DNA of 64,000 bases from Bacteroidales bacterium (GCA_012729225.1 JAAYDO010000177.1:32535-96534); one strand, 5' to 3'. Counted from the stretch's first letter, positions 30,672-40,450 are shown. Numbers and translations are program-made. Notes: generated by a model not told the origin, from the letters alone.

Positions 30672-30744
30672 ATACAATTTCCTCGTTTTATCACAAAAAA
30701 TGCAAAAAAACAGGCTTGAGATTGTTCATTCAACACAAAGTCAT

Positions 30745-30752
30745 TAAATTTG
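30745..30752 (+). promoter_or_regulatory. Candidate -7 box (TAAATTTG) for the TonB-C gene
   Basis: TAnnTTTG match 45 nt upstream of the ATG at 30798. It overlaps the TTG start used by the ORF track. Confidence 0.45.
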
Positions 30753-30797
30753 TCACCGAAAAGGAATCTATTTCCTCACTCAAAACTAAATTGTAAA

Positions 30798-31259
30798 ATG
30801 ATGAAACTGAATAGACTATTGATGATGCTCGCCATGAGCATCTTGACACTCTCCGTTAGCGCGCAGGGTGTTTCCGACAAAATGAAAGAAGCACAAATGC
30901 GTGGCTTTGGTGCTCAAAACACACAGGCCAACACTAAATCTGACAGCACAGCAAAAACAGAAGGACAAGCCAAGACCGACACAGACCCAGAGTTTCCTGG
31001 TGGCGAGGTGTTTCTGCAGGCTTATCTGAAGAAGAAATTAACCCATGCCGGTGTGAGCGGCAAGGGCGAAGTGGTGGTCAGCTTCAAGGTGGACAAGAAA
31101 GGCAACATCTATGGTGCAGAGGTGACCAAGTCTGCTGGCAACGCACTTGACACCGCCGCCTTCAACATTGTGACAGGCATGCCAAGATGGCGTCCTGGCC
31201 TCACGAAAGGCGAGCCTGCCGACAAGCCAGCCAGCGTGACCATCAACTTTGGTCAATAA
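30798..31259 (+). CDS. Secreted TonB C-terminal domain protein
   Basis: Signal peptide MMKLNRLLMMLAMSILTLSVSAQ. C-terminal DPEFPGGEVFLQAYLKK...VVVSFKVDKKGNI...AFNIV..MPRWRPG is typical of the TonB_C fold. Confidence 0.7.
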   Translation: MMKLNRLLMMLAMSILTLSVSAQGVSDKMKEAQMRGFGAQNTQANTKSDSTAKTEGQAKTDTDPEFPGGEVFLQAYLKKKLTHAGVSGKGEVVVSFKVDKKGNIYGAEVTKSAGNALDTAAFNIVTGMPRWRPGLTKGEPADKPASVTINFGQ

Positions 31260-31283
31260 ACAGGCCAAACGAGAATCAGATTT

Positions 31284-31320
31284 AACTAACGTGAGTTCAT
31301 TGAATTCACGTTAGTTTTTT
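31284..31320 (+). terminator. Rho-independent terminator
   Basis: AACTAACGTGAGTTC-ATT-GAATTCACGTTAGTT stem-loop followed by TTTTTT, 25 nt after the stop. Confidence 0.7.
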
Positions 31321-31388
31321 ATGTGTAGAGTCATACTCGCTTACTTTCGTTCGGGAGAAGCCTCTTTTTTCACCAAGCGCAAGTTTCC

Positions 31389-31505
31389 CATTCTAACATT
31401 CTCCTCCCCATACTTCCGTGAGCCTTCGAGATGCCTTCGAGATGCCTTCGAGATGAGTCTCAGATAATTCCACCACCTTTTTCCTGGGTGAGGAGCATTA
31501 GAATG
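31389..31505 (+). repeat. Family B dispersed repeat, copy 2 (3 x GCCTTCGAGAT core flanked by an imperfect inverted repeat)
   Basis: Core at 31422-31454. Flanks CATTCTAA (31389-31396) / TTAGAATG (31498-31505) and CTCCTCCCCA / TGGGTGAGGAG. 31420-31485 matches the reverse complement of 55451-55516 at about 60 of 66 positions by hand alignment. Confidence 0.75.
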
Positions 31506-31845
31506 CGAGAGCGAATTGGAGGCTGAGACAATCGAGACAGCCCTTGTCTTTTCCTAAAAACAATAGACACTTTTTTCGATTTTTACTGACTGTCTTTTCC
31601 TAAAGGCATGCCCTTTTTCTGAATTCGTCGAACTCACATGAATTCACTTTCATCCTTTCCCTATAGCAAATCCTTACCCTCAAGAGATTCTCGGCAACGG
31701 ATAGAGATGTGAAATAGACAAGGGTTCACGACCACTCAGCAATCTCTGCTGTAAGTCATGAACCCAAAGTCCTGTTTAACTATTATTATTAACTACTTGA
31801 TTACATGTCACAAAGCATTTTCCTTGTCCTTCCAAGACCTGCCAC

Positions 31846-32556
31846 TTACTTTTTTCTCGGTCTCTTAAACTTATAGTATCTGGCAGCTCGGTGATTCACG
31901 CCATCCTCCTTCTCTTCCAGAGGAACGACATAAGGCATGGTGGCTATCTTCTTGTGGAAATTCTTCACGTCAATACGCACACCTTGCACTGTCTCCATCA
32001 ACACTCTAAGTTGGGTGGCTGTGAACTTTCGTGGCAAGAGGTTGAACAAGAGCGTTGGATCGAGCAAGGCCCTTTGTCTGATGGTTTTCACAGCCTCGCT
32101 CACAATGTCTCTGTGGTCAAACGCCAACTCTGGCAATTCGTTGATGGGCATCCACTGAGCCTCGTATCCTCCCTGCAGTTTCTCCATCCTGCGGTCTATT
32201 CTGAGCAGCGAGGTGTAGCCAATGGTCACAATACGCTCTATATGGCTGTTATCTACATGGTGAAAGCGTTCCAACCAAACCCCATCAGCAGGATTCTTCA
32301 GTCGGTCAGCACCCCCAAATGCCTTAAACTGCATCATGTTCACCTGCACGAGACCTGTCATCTGCTTCAGCACACGTTGTGCCGCCTCATCCAGATCTTC
32401 GTCCATATAGATCAAACTACCGGGCAACTTGTATATTCCGGCACTATCTCCCATCGTCTCACTCTGTCTCACAATTAGTGCATTGAGCTGTGTCCCATCA
32501 AAACCGAGGAGCACACAATCGACAGAGACATATGGATTCACTGTCATAGTCATCAT
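31846..32556 (-). CDS. NUDIX-domain + winged-helix transcriptional regulator (NrtR/AraR-like)
   Basis: N-terminal NUDIX fold (VDCVLLGFDG...LPGSLIYMDEDLDEAAQRVLKQMTG) and a C-terminal DNA-binding-like part (LPRKFTATQLRVLMETV). Bacteroides sugar regulators of this family (AraR) are known. A TATCTTTG -7 box sits at 32646-32653 (minus strand). Confidence 0.65.
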   Translation of the reverse strand: MMTMTVNPYVSVDCVLLGFDGTQLNALIVRQSETMGDSAGIYKLPGSLIYMDEDLDEAAQRVLKQMTGLVQVNMMQFKAFGGADRLKNPADGVWLERFHHVDNSHIERIVTIGYTSLLRIDRRMEKLQGGYEAQWMPINELPELAFDHRDIVSEAVKTIRQRALLDPTLLFNLLPRKFTATQLRVLMETVQGVRIDVKNFHKKIATMPYVVPLEEKEDGVNHRAARYYKFKRPRKK

Positions 32557-32802
32557 CGCTGATCGAGTTTTTTTGATTGTTATTCGTATCTTTAGTGTAT
32601 CAATGAGTCATCATCTTCACATCCTCAACATCGTCTAATGACACACAAAGATAGGCTATTCCATCTTTAATTCCAAAGAAAAAAGGAACTATTTCTCGTT
32701 TTCTCATCAACTTTCCATTCAATCAGTTAGTTTTCGTAAATATTACGATAAGAAAAACTGACAAAATACCGTACCCATGACGATAAGGAAAGTTATATTT
32801 CT

Positions 32803-33534
32803 TTAATTATCCATCTCTTTAGTAAGCGTAAGCGACAGCACCTCGCCCACAGTTTGAATCTCACTGAAAAGACGAATGAAATTGGTTTTCTCACGACTTC
32901 TCACCATAAAATTGATAGTCGTAGTCCTCTGTTCGTAGTCATAGAAAAAATATTCGTCCGAGATGTGTATGCGGTAGTTGTCAAAGAAAGTTCGGAAAGG
33001 TGCTATGTCTTCTACAATATAACCAACTTTCAGTCTCACTATTTTCTGATCATACCCCTTAAAGAGATGCTTTTCACTGAGTTCAAGGAGTGTCAGCACA
33101 ATGATAATCAGCAAACTGGCAATAATGGCTATCCAATACATGCCTGCACCCACAGCAAGACCAATGGCGGCAATCACCCACACACCCGCGGCAGTGGTGA
33201 GTCCTCTCACAGAACCCTTCATTTGGATGATAGCACCTGCGCCCAAGAAACCTATGCCTGAAATGACTTGAGCGGCGATACGACCTGGGTCGCCATTCTT
33301 CAGTCCCAGATATTCTTGAGGAATATAGATAGAGACCAGCATGGCTAAAGTTGCCCCCATACAGATGAGCGAGAAGGTGCGCATGCCTGCAATCTGCCCC
33401 TTGTGTCGGCGTTCCAATCCCACCATTGCACCAAGCAGCGTGCTCAACAGGAGCCTGAACGCTGCTCCCACAGCATTCACTTCTGTATCATTGATTTGCG
33501 CTAAAAGAGATTGGAAATCGAAAAAGGTATTCAT
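32803..33534 (-). CDS. MgtC/SapB family membrane protein with a C-terminal regulatory domain
   Basis: MgtC blocks GLERRHKGQIAGMRTF and GIGFLGAGAI. Start moved to the ATG at 33534 because a TAACTTTG -7 box (33600-33607) lies only 5 nt from the ORF-track start at 33594. Confidence 0.8.
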   Translation of the reverse strand: MNTFFDFQSLLAQINDTEVNAVGAAFRLLLSTLLGAMVGLERRHKGQIAGMRTFSLICMGATLAMLVSIYIPQEYLGLKNGDPGRIAAQVISGIGFLGAGAIIQMKGSVRGLTTAAGVWVIAAIGLAVGAGMYWIAIIASLLIIIVLTLLELSEKHLFKGYDQKIVRLKVGYIVEDIAPFRTFFDNYRIHISDEYFFYDYEQRTTTINFMVRSREKTNFIRLFSEIQTVGEVLSLTLTKEMDN

Positions 33535-33686
33535 GGCAATCGTGTTGTTAAAGATGAATGGGTCATTGACTGGTGACAGCCATTCGGGTTTCATGGTTGC
33601 AAAGTTACACTTTTTTCATGAAACATCCATAAAAGCAACTGGATATTTCGGATTTCCGCACACAAAGGCGGGGACAAGAGGAAAGG

Positions 33687-36600
33687 CTAAAAGACAATCT
33701 TCTTGCCCTTGTAGATATAAACACCACGAGTGGGAGTGGTGGTGGCCACCCCCTGCAACGTGTAGAACACATCGTTGCTGGGGGTAGTCACTGCGGGAAC
33801 TTCTCGAATGGCAGTCACATCGGCTGACGCCTGAATGCCAATCTCGGCGGCTGAAGTCCAAGCCTTATTATTAATCTCAGACTTTGCCACAAACTTAATA
33901 TATCGACCTGCGGTAGGTTTGGAGAGTTTTGCAATCTGCATGGCTGTGGTGTTCTTGAACTCACCACTTGCCACAGGACTGCCCCAAGTCTTGCCATCAA
34001 GACTCAGATACACGTCATACGCCTTCACCATGCCATTGGCATTGCCATCCTGACGAGCCGTGTAGGTGAACGCTGTCACCTCATAGGTCTTGTTCATGTC
34101 AATGATGATGGTGTGAGGACAGGAAGGCTCATTAGTTCCCCACGCTGTATGCCAGAAAGTGCTGGAATTATTGTCAAAAGCCTTTGTAGCCTCATTGCCA
34201 CCTTGCTGACTATCCACACTGACAAGTTTCCAAGCAGTCTTGTTGATGAAGAGGTCAAACTCAAACTCCATCTCAGCGCTATCCATCAATCCCTCAGCAG
34301 AACAATATGTCTTGATGGTGCAAGCCTCTGTCTGAGCGAACGAAGAGGTGTATTCCTGCCAGTCACCATCATTGATGCTATAATAGATGGTGGCATTAGG
34401 CGTAGGAGTGGTCATGCTGATGCGACCAGTGGTTGAACGCTTGCAGTCCACAGCCTGACATACAGGCATATCCACTCGAGCCTTCTTTGCTGCACTCTCA
34501 GACTTGGTGAGAGGCATGATGAAGAAGCGGAAACTGGTGTTTGCCGCACGCAGTTCATACTTGTCCATCACATCTGGTCCACAACTGTTATTGCCCAAGC
34601 CACGAGTAACAGCATCAAGAGAGACGACTGTATTTTCACATGATTTGAACTGATAAGTGTGCTTGCTGCGGGTGTTGCGGTCTGTGTAGTTGTCCTCCGG
34701 ACGGAAGTGAACGGCTGAAGCCGCCATCTGGTCGGGAGCAGTGAAGAGAAGACCATTGCCCTCCTTGTCGCTCAGAGAAATCCAGCGAACCTCTTGCTTT
34801 GTTCCATGTTCTTGAGGAAGGATATACTCCTCATACTGGTCTGTGACGGTACTATTATATATGGCGGGCAGACATGCCTCCTTGCGATCTCGGTAACTGT
34901 CCCAAGGACCTCTACCAAACCAAGAGAGTTGTTCCATCTCAGCCGGCATTTCAAGGCGGAAGCCTATCTTTGGAAGAATCGCACCCGTAGCGGATGGAGA
35001 GATGAAAGAGTTCACCATGATCACACCATTGGCACATACCACATAGTTCATCTTCACATCAAAAGAAGTTCCATTCTTGCCGACATAGCGAGACTTCATG
35101 GAGACTGTCACCGACTTGCCATCCTTGCTCTTCTCTATGTCTGTGCTCAGTCCACGAGCGATGAGACTGCGGAGACCCATATTGTCCCAACTTTCCTTCT
35201 TACTGCCATCATTGTCGGTAGGCAGACGGAACACATTGAGACGGAGAGGCTTGGTGATCAGTGGCACATCATGATAAGAATAACTGTAGAGATAGCCATT
35301 GTTCTTGCTGAAGACCACCTTGAAGTCTGAATTGGACAAGGTGAAACTTCCCGTGCCGTCTTCTACCTGAATCTCCTCATAACTGCTCAATTGCTTGAGG
35401 TCATACATCTCTTTGGCAGCAGTCTTCAGCGGCAGTTTCTCCTCTGCCACCACATAGCCTGCATCTGCCCAAAGGGTATTGTTTTTCTGCTTTGCCACAA
35501 AATAGATGAATGCTTCCTGGTCTGCAGGCAGGTTGCTGATGGAAGAAACATCAATGGTGATGTTGCCCGAACCATTGGCAGCCACTTCCCTGTCTATCGT
35601 GCCTGTAGCCAACTGATTGCCTTCCTCATCCATAATCACGTAACTCACATCATAGGTGGTGCTTGGGAGGAACGCCATCTTGTTCTTCATTGTAAAGACA
35701 TTCTTAGTGCCAGTAGCCTTGAATTCGAGAGGCTGATAGACTTTCTTCGTGTTGTAGGACTTGGCCGTGAGACTCCAGTCTGGGTGTACGAGGCCATTGA
35801 TACAGAAATTGCCATCATTAGGATTGTCACCAAAGTCACCTCCATAAGCCCAATAATCCTGACCTGTGGAACTCTTGGTGAGCAAGCCCTGATCCTTGAA
35901 GTCCCAGATGAACTCGCCTGTAAGACAAGGATATTTCTCATAGAGGTCAAACATCTCTCTCACATTACCCATAGAGTTACCCATAGAGTGACTGTTCTCG
36001 CACTGGATATGAGGCTTCTGACCTGTCTTTCCCTGACGAGAAGCACCTATATTCTGTATGGTCTCATAACTGCCATACATGGTACTGCTCACATCAGCAT
36101 AGTCGCTGTTGCCCTCATAGTGAGTGAGACGAGTCTTGTCAAGTGCCTTGATTGCATTCGCCACATATTGGAAGTTGTTGCCGTTGCCCGATTCATTTCC
36201 AAAAGACCACATAAAGATACATGCGTGATTGCGCATCCACTTCACATGATTCTCCGAACGCTCCACCATCGCATGACGGAATTTCTCCACAGAAGAGAGT
36301 TTCATTGCGGCATGGCATTCCACATTCGCCTCTGCCAACACATAGAAGCCATACTTGTCACAAAGTTGATAGAAGACAGGATCATTAGGATAGTGAGAAG
36401 TACGAATTGCATTGATATTCAAACGTTTCATTGTCTTGAGGTCTTCCTCGATCTCCTCTGCTGTGATGGCACGACCATTGATAGGGCTGAAGTCATGACG
36501 GTTCACTCCATAAAACACCATACGCTTGCCATTGATGGTGAGTGCGCCATCTGAGCGAATGCCCACCTCACGGAAGCCCACCTTTCCACCACGGATGTCC

Positions 36601-37682
36601 ACGGTTTTTCCATTGCTGTCCTTCAGTGTGAGCACAAGATCATAGAGGTTGGGCTCTTCTGCACTCCACTTCTTGGGGTTGGTCACATTCATATCAAGGC
36701 TCAAATCGCTCTGTGTGCCCACAGTTCCTTCTGCCTTGGCAATCAAAGAGCCATTCTCCTCTATCTTCACCTCAACAGTACCACCTGCCACAGCCTCAAC
36801 GCCAGCCAGTTTCACCTTCACGTTTGCCTTGGCATCTGTATAGGTGGCATCCAAGTCTGTGGTGAAGAAATAGTCGCGAATCTGACTCTTGGGAGCCGCC
36901 CACAAGAAGCAGTGACGCTGGATGCCCGTGAGTCGCCAATAGTCCTGACACTCCAAGAAAGAACCACTGGTGAAACGATACACCTGCAATGCAATGCTGT
37001 TTTCACCAGCAGTGAGAAATTTGGTTATATTGAATTCGGAAGGGAGGTAGGAGTCCTCGCTATAGCCTACCCTTTGACCATTGACCCAAAGATAGTAACC
37101 ATGACCCACACCATTGAAGCGCACATACACCTCTCTGCCTTCCCAGTCGGAAGGAATAGTGAAGGTGCGGCGATAAGTTCCTACAGGATTGGTCATGTCA
37201 CCCCTATAGGTAAACCATCCTGGACGATCTGCCATCACACTGTAAGTGCTCTCGTTGTAGGAGAAAGGATAAGCCACATTACAATAAAGAGGTTTGTCCC
37301 AATTCTTGTTGTTGCGAAAGCCATACACCTGCCAACTGGAAGGCACGTCAATGTCACTCCACGATGCATCGTTATAGTCCTTGGCACATTTGTCTTCCTG
37401 CACTTTGGATGGATTAGACACCCAATCAAACTTCCAAGTACCATCAAGCGACTGATAGTAAGGTGACACTCTCATGTCATTTTTCGACACATCCGCCTCA
37501 TTAGCCATAGGTATTGCCAATGTGTGGGCTTCCTCACGGTTCACACTTGTCACCTTTGGGTCATCCCATTCCTTACCTGTTTGAGCACTGGCGCTTCCTG
37601 CGCCCACAAAAAGAGCCATCAACGCAGCACACCTATAGAGACGTGCCAAACGCGAGGCATTTGATTTTCTGATTTCTTTCAT
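33687..37682 (-). CDS. Large secreted GH2 beta-galactosidase with F5/8 type C (discoidin) domain and T9SS C-terminal sorting domain
   Basis: Signal peptide. GH2 blocks (INAIRTSHYP, FMWSFGNESGNG, CENSHSMGNS), Bgal_small_N-like part (GRGPWDSYRDRK) and a discoidin-like segment (FDNNSSTFWHTAWG...RYIKFVAKSE). C-terminus VFYTLQGV...RGVYIYKGKKIVF. Confidence 0.85.
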   Translation of the reverse strand: MKEIRKSNASRLARLYRCAALMALFVGAGSASAQTGKEWDDPKVTSVNREEAHTLAIPMANEADVSKNDMRVSPYYQSLDGTWKFDWVSNPSKVQEDKCAKDYNDASWSDIDVPSSWQVYGFRNNKNWDKPLYCNVAYPFSYNESTYSVMADRPGWFTYRGDMTNPVGTYRRTFTIPSDWEGREVYVRFNGVGHGYYLWVNGQRVGYSEDSYLPSEFNITKFLTAGENSIALQVYRFTSGSFLECQDYWRLTGIQRHCFLWAAPKSQIRDYFFTTDLDATYTDAKANVKVKLAGVEAVAGGTVEVKIEENGSLIAKAEGTVGTQSDLSLDMNVTNPKKWSAEEPNLYDLVLTLKDSNGKTVDIRGGKVGFREVGIRSDGALTINGKRMVFYGVNRHDFSPINGRAITAEEIEEDLKTMKRLNINAIRTSHYPNDPVFYQLCDKYGFYVLAEANVECHAAMKLSSVEKFRHAMVERSENHVKWMRNHACIFMWSFGNESGNGNNFQYVANAIKALDKTRLTHYEGNSDYADVSSTMYGSYETIQNIGASRQGKTGQKPHIQCENSHSMGNSMGNVREMFDLYEKYPCLTGEFIWDFKDQGLLTKSSTGQDYWAYGGDFGDNPNDGNFCINGLVHPDWSLTAKSYNTKKVYQPLEFKATGTKNVFTMKNKMAFLPSTTYDVSYVIMDEEGNQLATGTIDREVAANGSGNITIDVSSISNLPADQEAFIYFVAKQKNNTLWADAGYVVAEEKLPLKTAAKEMYDLKQLSSYEEIQVEDGTGSFTLSNSDFKVVFSKNNGYLYSYSYHDVPLITKPLRLNVFRLPTDNDGSKKESWDNMGLRSLIARGLSTDIEKSKDGKSVTVSMKSRYVGKNGTSFDVKMNYVVCANGVIMVNSFISPSATGAILPKIGFRLEMPAEMEQLSWFGRGPWDSYRDRKEACLPAIYNSTVTDQYEEYILPQEHGTKQEVRWISLSDKEGNGLLFTAPDQMAASAVHFRPEDNYTDRNTRSKHTYQFKSCENTVVSLDAVTRGLGNNSCGPDVMDKYELRAANTSFRFFIMPLTKSESAAKKARVDMPVCQAVDCKRSTTGRISMTTPTPNATIYYSINDGDWQEYTSSFAQTEACTIKTYCSAEGLMDSAEMEFEFDLFINKTAWKLVSVDSQQGGNEATKAFDNNSSTFWHTAWGTNEPSCPHTIIIDMNKTYEVTAFTYTARQDGNANGMVKAYDVYLSLDGKTWGSPVASGEFKNTTAMQIAKLSKPTAGRYIKFVAKSEINNKAWTSAAEIGIQASADVTAIREVPAVTTPSNDVFYTLQGVATTTPTRGVYIYKGKKIVF

Positions 37683-37717
37683 GAGTTTGTTTTGGAAAAG
37701 TTAGTTGATTGATGTTG

Positions 37718-37725
37718 CAAAGTTA
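37718..37725 (-). promoter_or_regulatory. Candidate -7 box (TAACTTTG on the minus strand) for the large GH2 gene
   Basis: TAnnTTTG match 35 nt upstream of the ATG at 37682. Confidence 0.45.
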
Positions 37726-37901
37726 GTTAAAAAAACAACTTTTATATATCAAAAATGTTACCAGTTCTTTAGATTTTGATAAAGAGAGGACGAAATAAGG
37801 GGATATTGGCATATACTTGAATCTAGAAAAAAGAAATACATACCGAAGAGAACAATAAACAACCATTTATAGCGTTTCATAAGAAACAACTCAATATTAT
37901 T

Positions 37902-38432
37902 ATGAAAAAATATTTTATAGGATTAGCATGCCTTATAGTTTTTTCCGCATGCTCATCAGAGAATACAGTCCTTGAGGGGTTACGAGTGTATGATGTCACC
38001 AATTCCACCTGCAAGACATCTTTATCCTCTGCAGAAACACGTAGCGACTTCCATTTAGAGAATGATGCAAAGCCTCCAACTCTCAGCATTGAGTTAGGAA
38101 AGGACGGAGTAGCCCAATGTATGCTGGAAGATGTGGAAGCAAACTGTGGCTTGAAGAATCTTTTTGTGACCACAACCAATCAAGGCAACCAGATAACTCT
38201 GCTTGTTTATCACAACATCATTGAAGCACTCACAGATTGCTATTGCAACTTTGATGTTCATTTCAAGATGAGCGATTTGACACCAGGCAATTATTTTCTG
38301 AAAGTGTATTACGCAAAACCCAATATGAAATACAAAGAAACAGAACCTGCATACAGTGGGCGCATCACTCTTGTGTCGGACAAGAAAACCAGTATTAATC
38401 TGAAGCCAGAGATGACCATACCTGACTTCTAA
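37902..38432 (+). CDS. Hypothetical Cys-containing lipoprotein
   Basis: Lipoprotein signal MKKYFIGLACLIVFSAC. No family recognised. Confidence 0.55.
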   Translation: MKKYFIGLACLIVFSACSSENTVLEGLRVYDVTNSTCKTSLSSAETRSDFHLENDAKPPTLSIELGKDGVAQCMLEDVEANCGLKNLFVTTTNQGNQITLLVYHNIIEALTDCYCNFDVHFKMSDLTPGNYFLKVYYAKPNMKYKETEPAYSGRITLVSDKKTSINLKPEMTIPDF

Positions 38433-38644
38433 AGATTTTTTCCAACAAAAAACTTCTCTTTCCCTTTTTTTGATGTATGCGAGTTCGACGAATTCGGAAT
38501 ATTGAAAGAAGTGTGTCTAAGGCACTCTTTCATGTGAACTCGAAGATTTTATCACATCCTCATCACTTGATTAGAGAGGGAGTAAATAGAGATAAGCATT
38601 TGAAAGGATTGCTGTCTTTTGAGTTTTACTGGACAATAATCATT

Positions 38645-38825
38645 TGAAAGGATGAAATAGTTGGGTTTCCCACTCCTTCTTACACATAAAACGACAGAAG
38701 CACCCTTCATGTTTCAACGAACAATTGTTCAACGGCAAACGAACAATGTTGCAAGTGCCAACGAACAATGCTTCAATCGCCAATGAACAATGGTGCGTTT
38801 TCAGCCTTATGAGCATAGGGTTTGT
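38645..38825 (+). repeat. Dispersed intergenic element, family A copy 2 (4 x 22-nt units)
   Basis: Units at 38714-38735, 38736-38757, 38758-38779 and 38780-38801. The 5' arm (AAAGGATGAAATAGTTGGGTTTCCC) and 3' end (GCGTTTTCAGCCTTATGAGCAT) align with copy 1 at 8048-8242 in the same orientation. Confidence 0.7.
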
Positions 38826-38968
38826 GAACAAATACTATATGGTTTTTTCAGCAACCATATATCTGCCAATCACGAGACATTCCCTGTTTTGATGTGTATC
38901 TTATCATAAAAGAAAAAAAGAGACCTCACATGAGTTGTGAAGCCTCTCCTCTATTAATAGAATATCGT

Positions 38969-40450
38969 TTACTTGCCAAGTCTTTCCTTCCAGAGTTCGT
39001 AGGCCTTGATATAAGCGTCGCAATTCTCCTCTGGCTTGATTGTATCCATGTGCTCAAGTGTCTTGAACGCATCATCACTGTCCTTATAGATGCCTGCACC
39101 AATACCTGCACCATAAGCAGCACCCACAGAACCATCGGTCACATAAAGTTCGATAGTAGCACCAGTAACTGCGGCCAATGTGCGGCAGAAGAGAGGATTG
39201 AGGAACATGTTAGCATGGGCTGCCTTGATGGTGGTAATCTCCATGCCCATCTCCTTCATGATGTTCATGCCATAAGCAAATGAGAAGGCGATGCCCTCAT
39301 GAGCAGCACGAATGAGGTGTGCTTTCTTGTGGATGTTGAAGTTGATGCCATGAACAGAAGCACCCACATTCTCATTCTGAAGCACGCGTTCTGCACCATT
39401 TCCAAATGGGATGACAGACAATCCATCAGCACCTACTGGCACAGTCTCTGCCAAGTCGTTCATTTCAGGATAACTCATGCCCTCTGGAGCCACCGTGCGG
39501 CGCATCCAAGCATTGAGGATACCTGTGCCATTGATGCAAAGAAGCACACCCAAACGAGTGGCATCGTTCTCGCCATGATTGACGTGAGCAAAGGTATTAA
39601 CACGAGAGAGCTTGTCGTAGTTCACCTCGCCCAACACACCATACACCACACCTGAAGTTCCTGCTGTAGCAGCAATCTCACCGGGCTTCATCACATTGAG
39701 CGAGAGGGCATTGTTGGGTTGGTCACCTCCACGATAAGAGATTGGAGTGCCTACAGGAATGCCGAGTTCCTTCGCCACAGCCTCGCACACAGTGGACTGA
39801 ACAGAGAAGGTTGGCACGATTTCAGCGATAATATCTTCAGAGAAACCGAAGTAGTTCATCACATCCTTGCTTACCTCATTGTTCTGGAAATCCCAGAACA
39901 TGCCTTCTGAAAGACCTGATACCGTTGTCTTCTTGTCACCTCCTGAAAGGCGCATGGCAATATAGTCGCCAGGAAGCATAATTTTGTCTATCTTGGCAAA
40001 GACCTCTGGCTCGTTCTCCTTTACCCACGCAAGTTTAGCTGCTGTGAAGTTGCCAGGAGAGTTGAGCAGGTGCTTCAGGCACTTCTCACCACCAATCGTC
40101 TCAAAAGCCTTGTTACCATAAGGCACTGCACGACCGTCACACCAGATGATAGAAGGACGGAGAGGTTTGCCTTCCTTATCCACACAGACCAATCCGTGCA
40201 TCTGATAAGAGAGACCGATAGCCTTCACATTGGCCAATGAACCGCCAGCCTTAGCCGCCACACGAGCGGTAGCCTGCTTGAGTTCATCCCACCACATCTC
40301 TGGGTCTTGCTCTGCCCATCCAGGCTGTTTAGCAATGATAGACGCCTCCGCATCAGGGTATTGGGCACTTGCAACAGTCTGACCTGTGTGCGCATCTACA
40401 AGCGCGGCCTTCACTGAAGAAGTACCAACATCATAACCTAATAAATACAT
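38969..40450 (-). CDS. xylB: Xylulokinase (FGGY family)
   Basis: MYLLGYDVGTSSVKAALVD N-terminus, GWAEQDPEMWW, and FGGY C-terminal motifs. It is the last gene of the xylan operon. Confidence 0.85.
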   Translation of the reverse strand: MYLLGYDVGTSSVKAALVDAHTGQTVASAQYPDAEASIIAKQPGWAEQDPEMWWDELKQATARVAAKAGGSLANVKAIGLSYQMHGLVCVDKEGKPLRPSIIWCDGRAVPYGNKAFETIGGEKCLKHLLNSPGNFTAAKLAWVKENEPEVFAKIDKIMLPGDYIAMRLSGGDKKTTVSGLSEGMFWDFQNNEVSKDVMNYFGFSEDIIAEIVPTFSVQSTVCEAVAKELGIPVGTPISYRGGDQPNNALSLNVMKPGEIAATAGTSGVVYGVLGEVNYDKLSRVNTFAHVNHGENDATRLGVLLCINGTGILNAWMRRTVAPEGMSYPEMNDLAETVPVGADGLSVIPFGNGAERVLQNENVGASVHGINFNIHKKAHLIRAAHEGIAFSFAYGMNIMKEMGMEITTIKAAHANMFLNPLFCRTLAAVTGATIELYVTDGSVGAAYGAGIGAGIYKDSDDAFKTLEHMDTIKPEENCDAYIKAYELWKERLGK

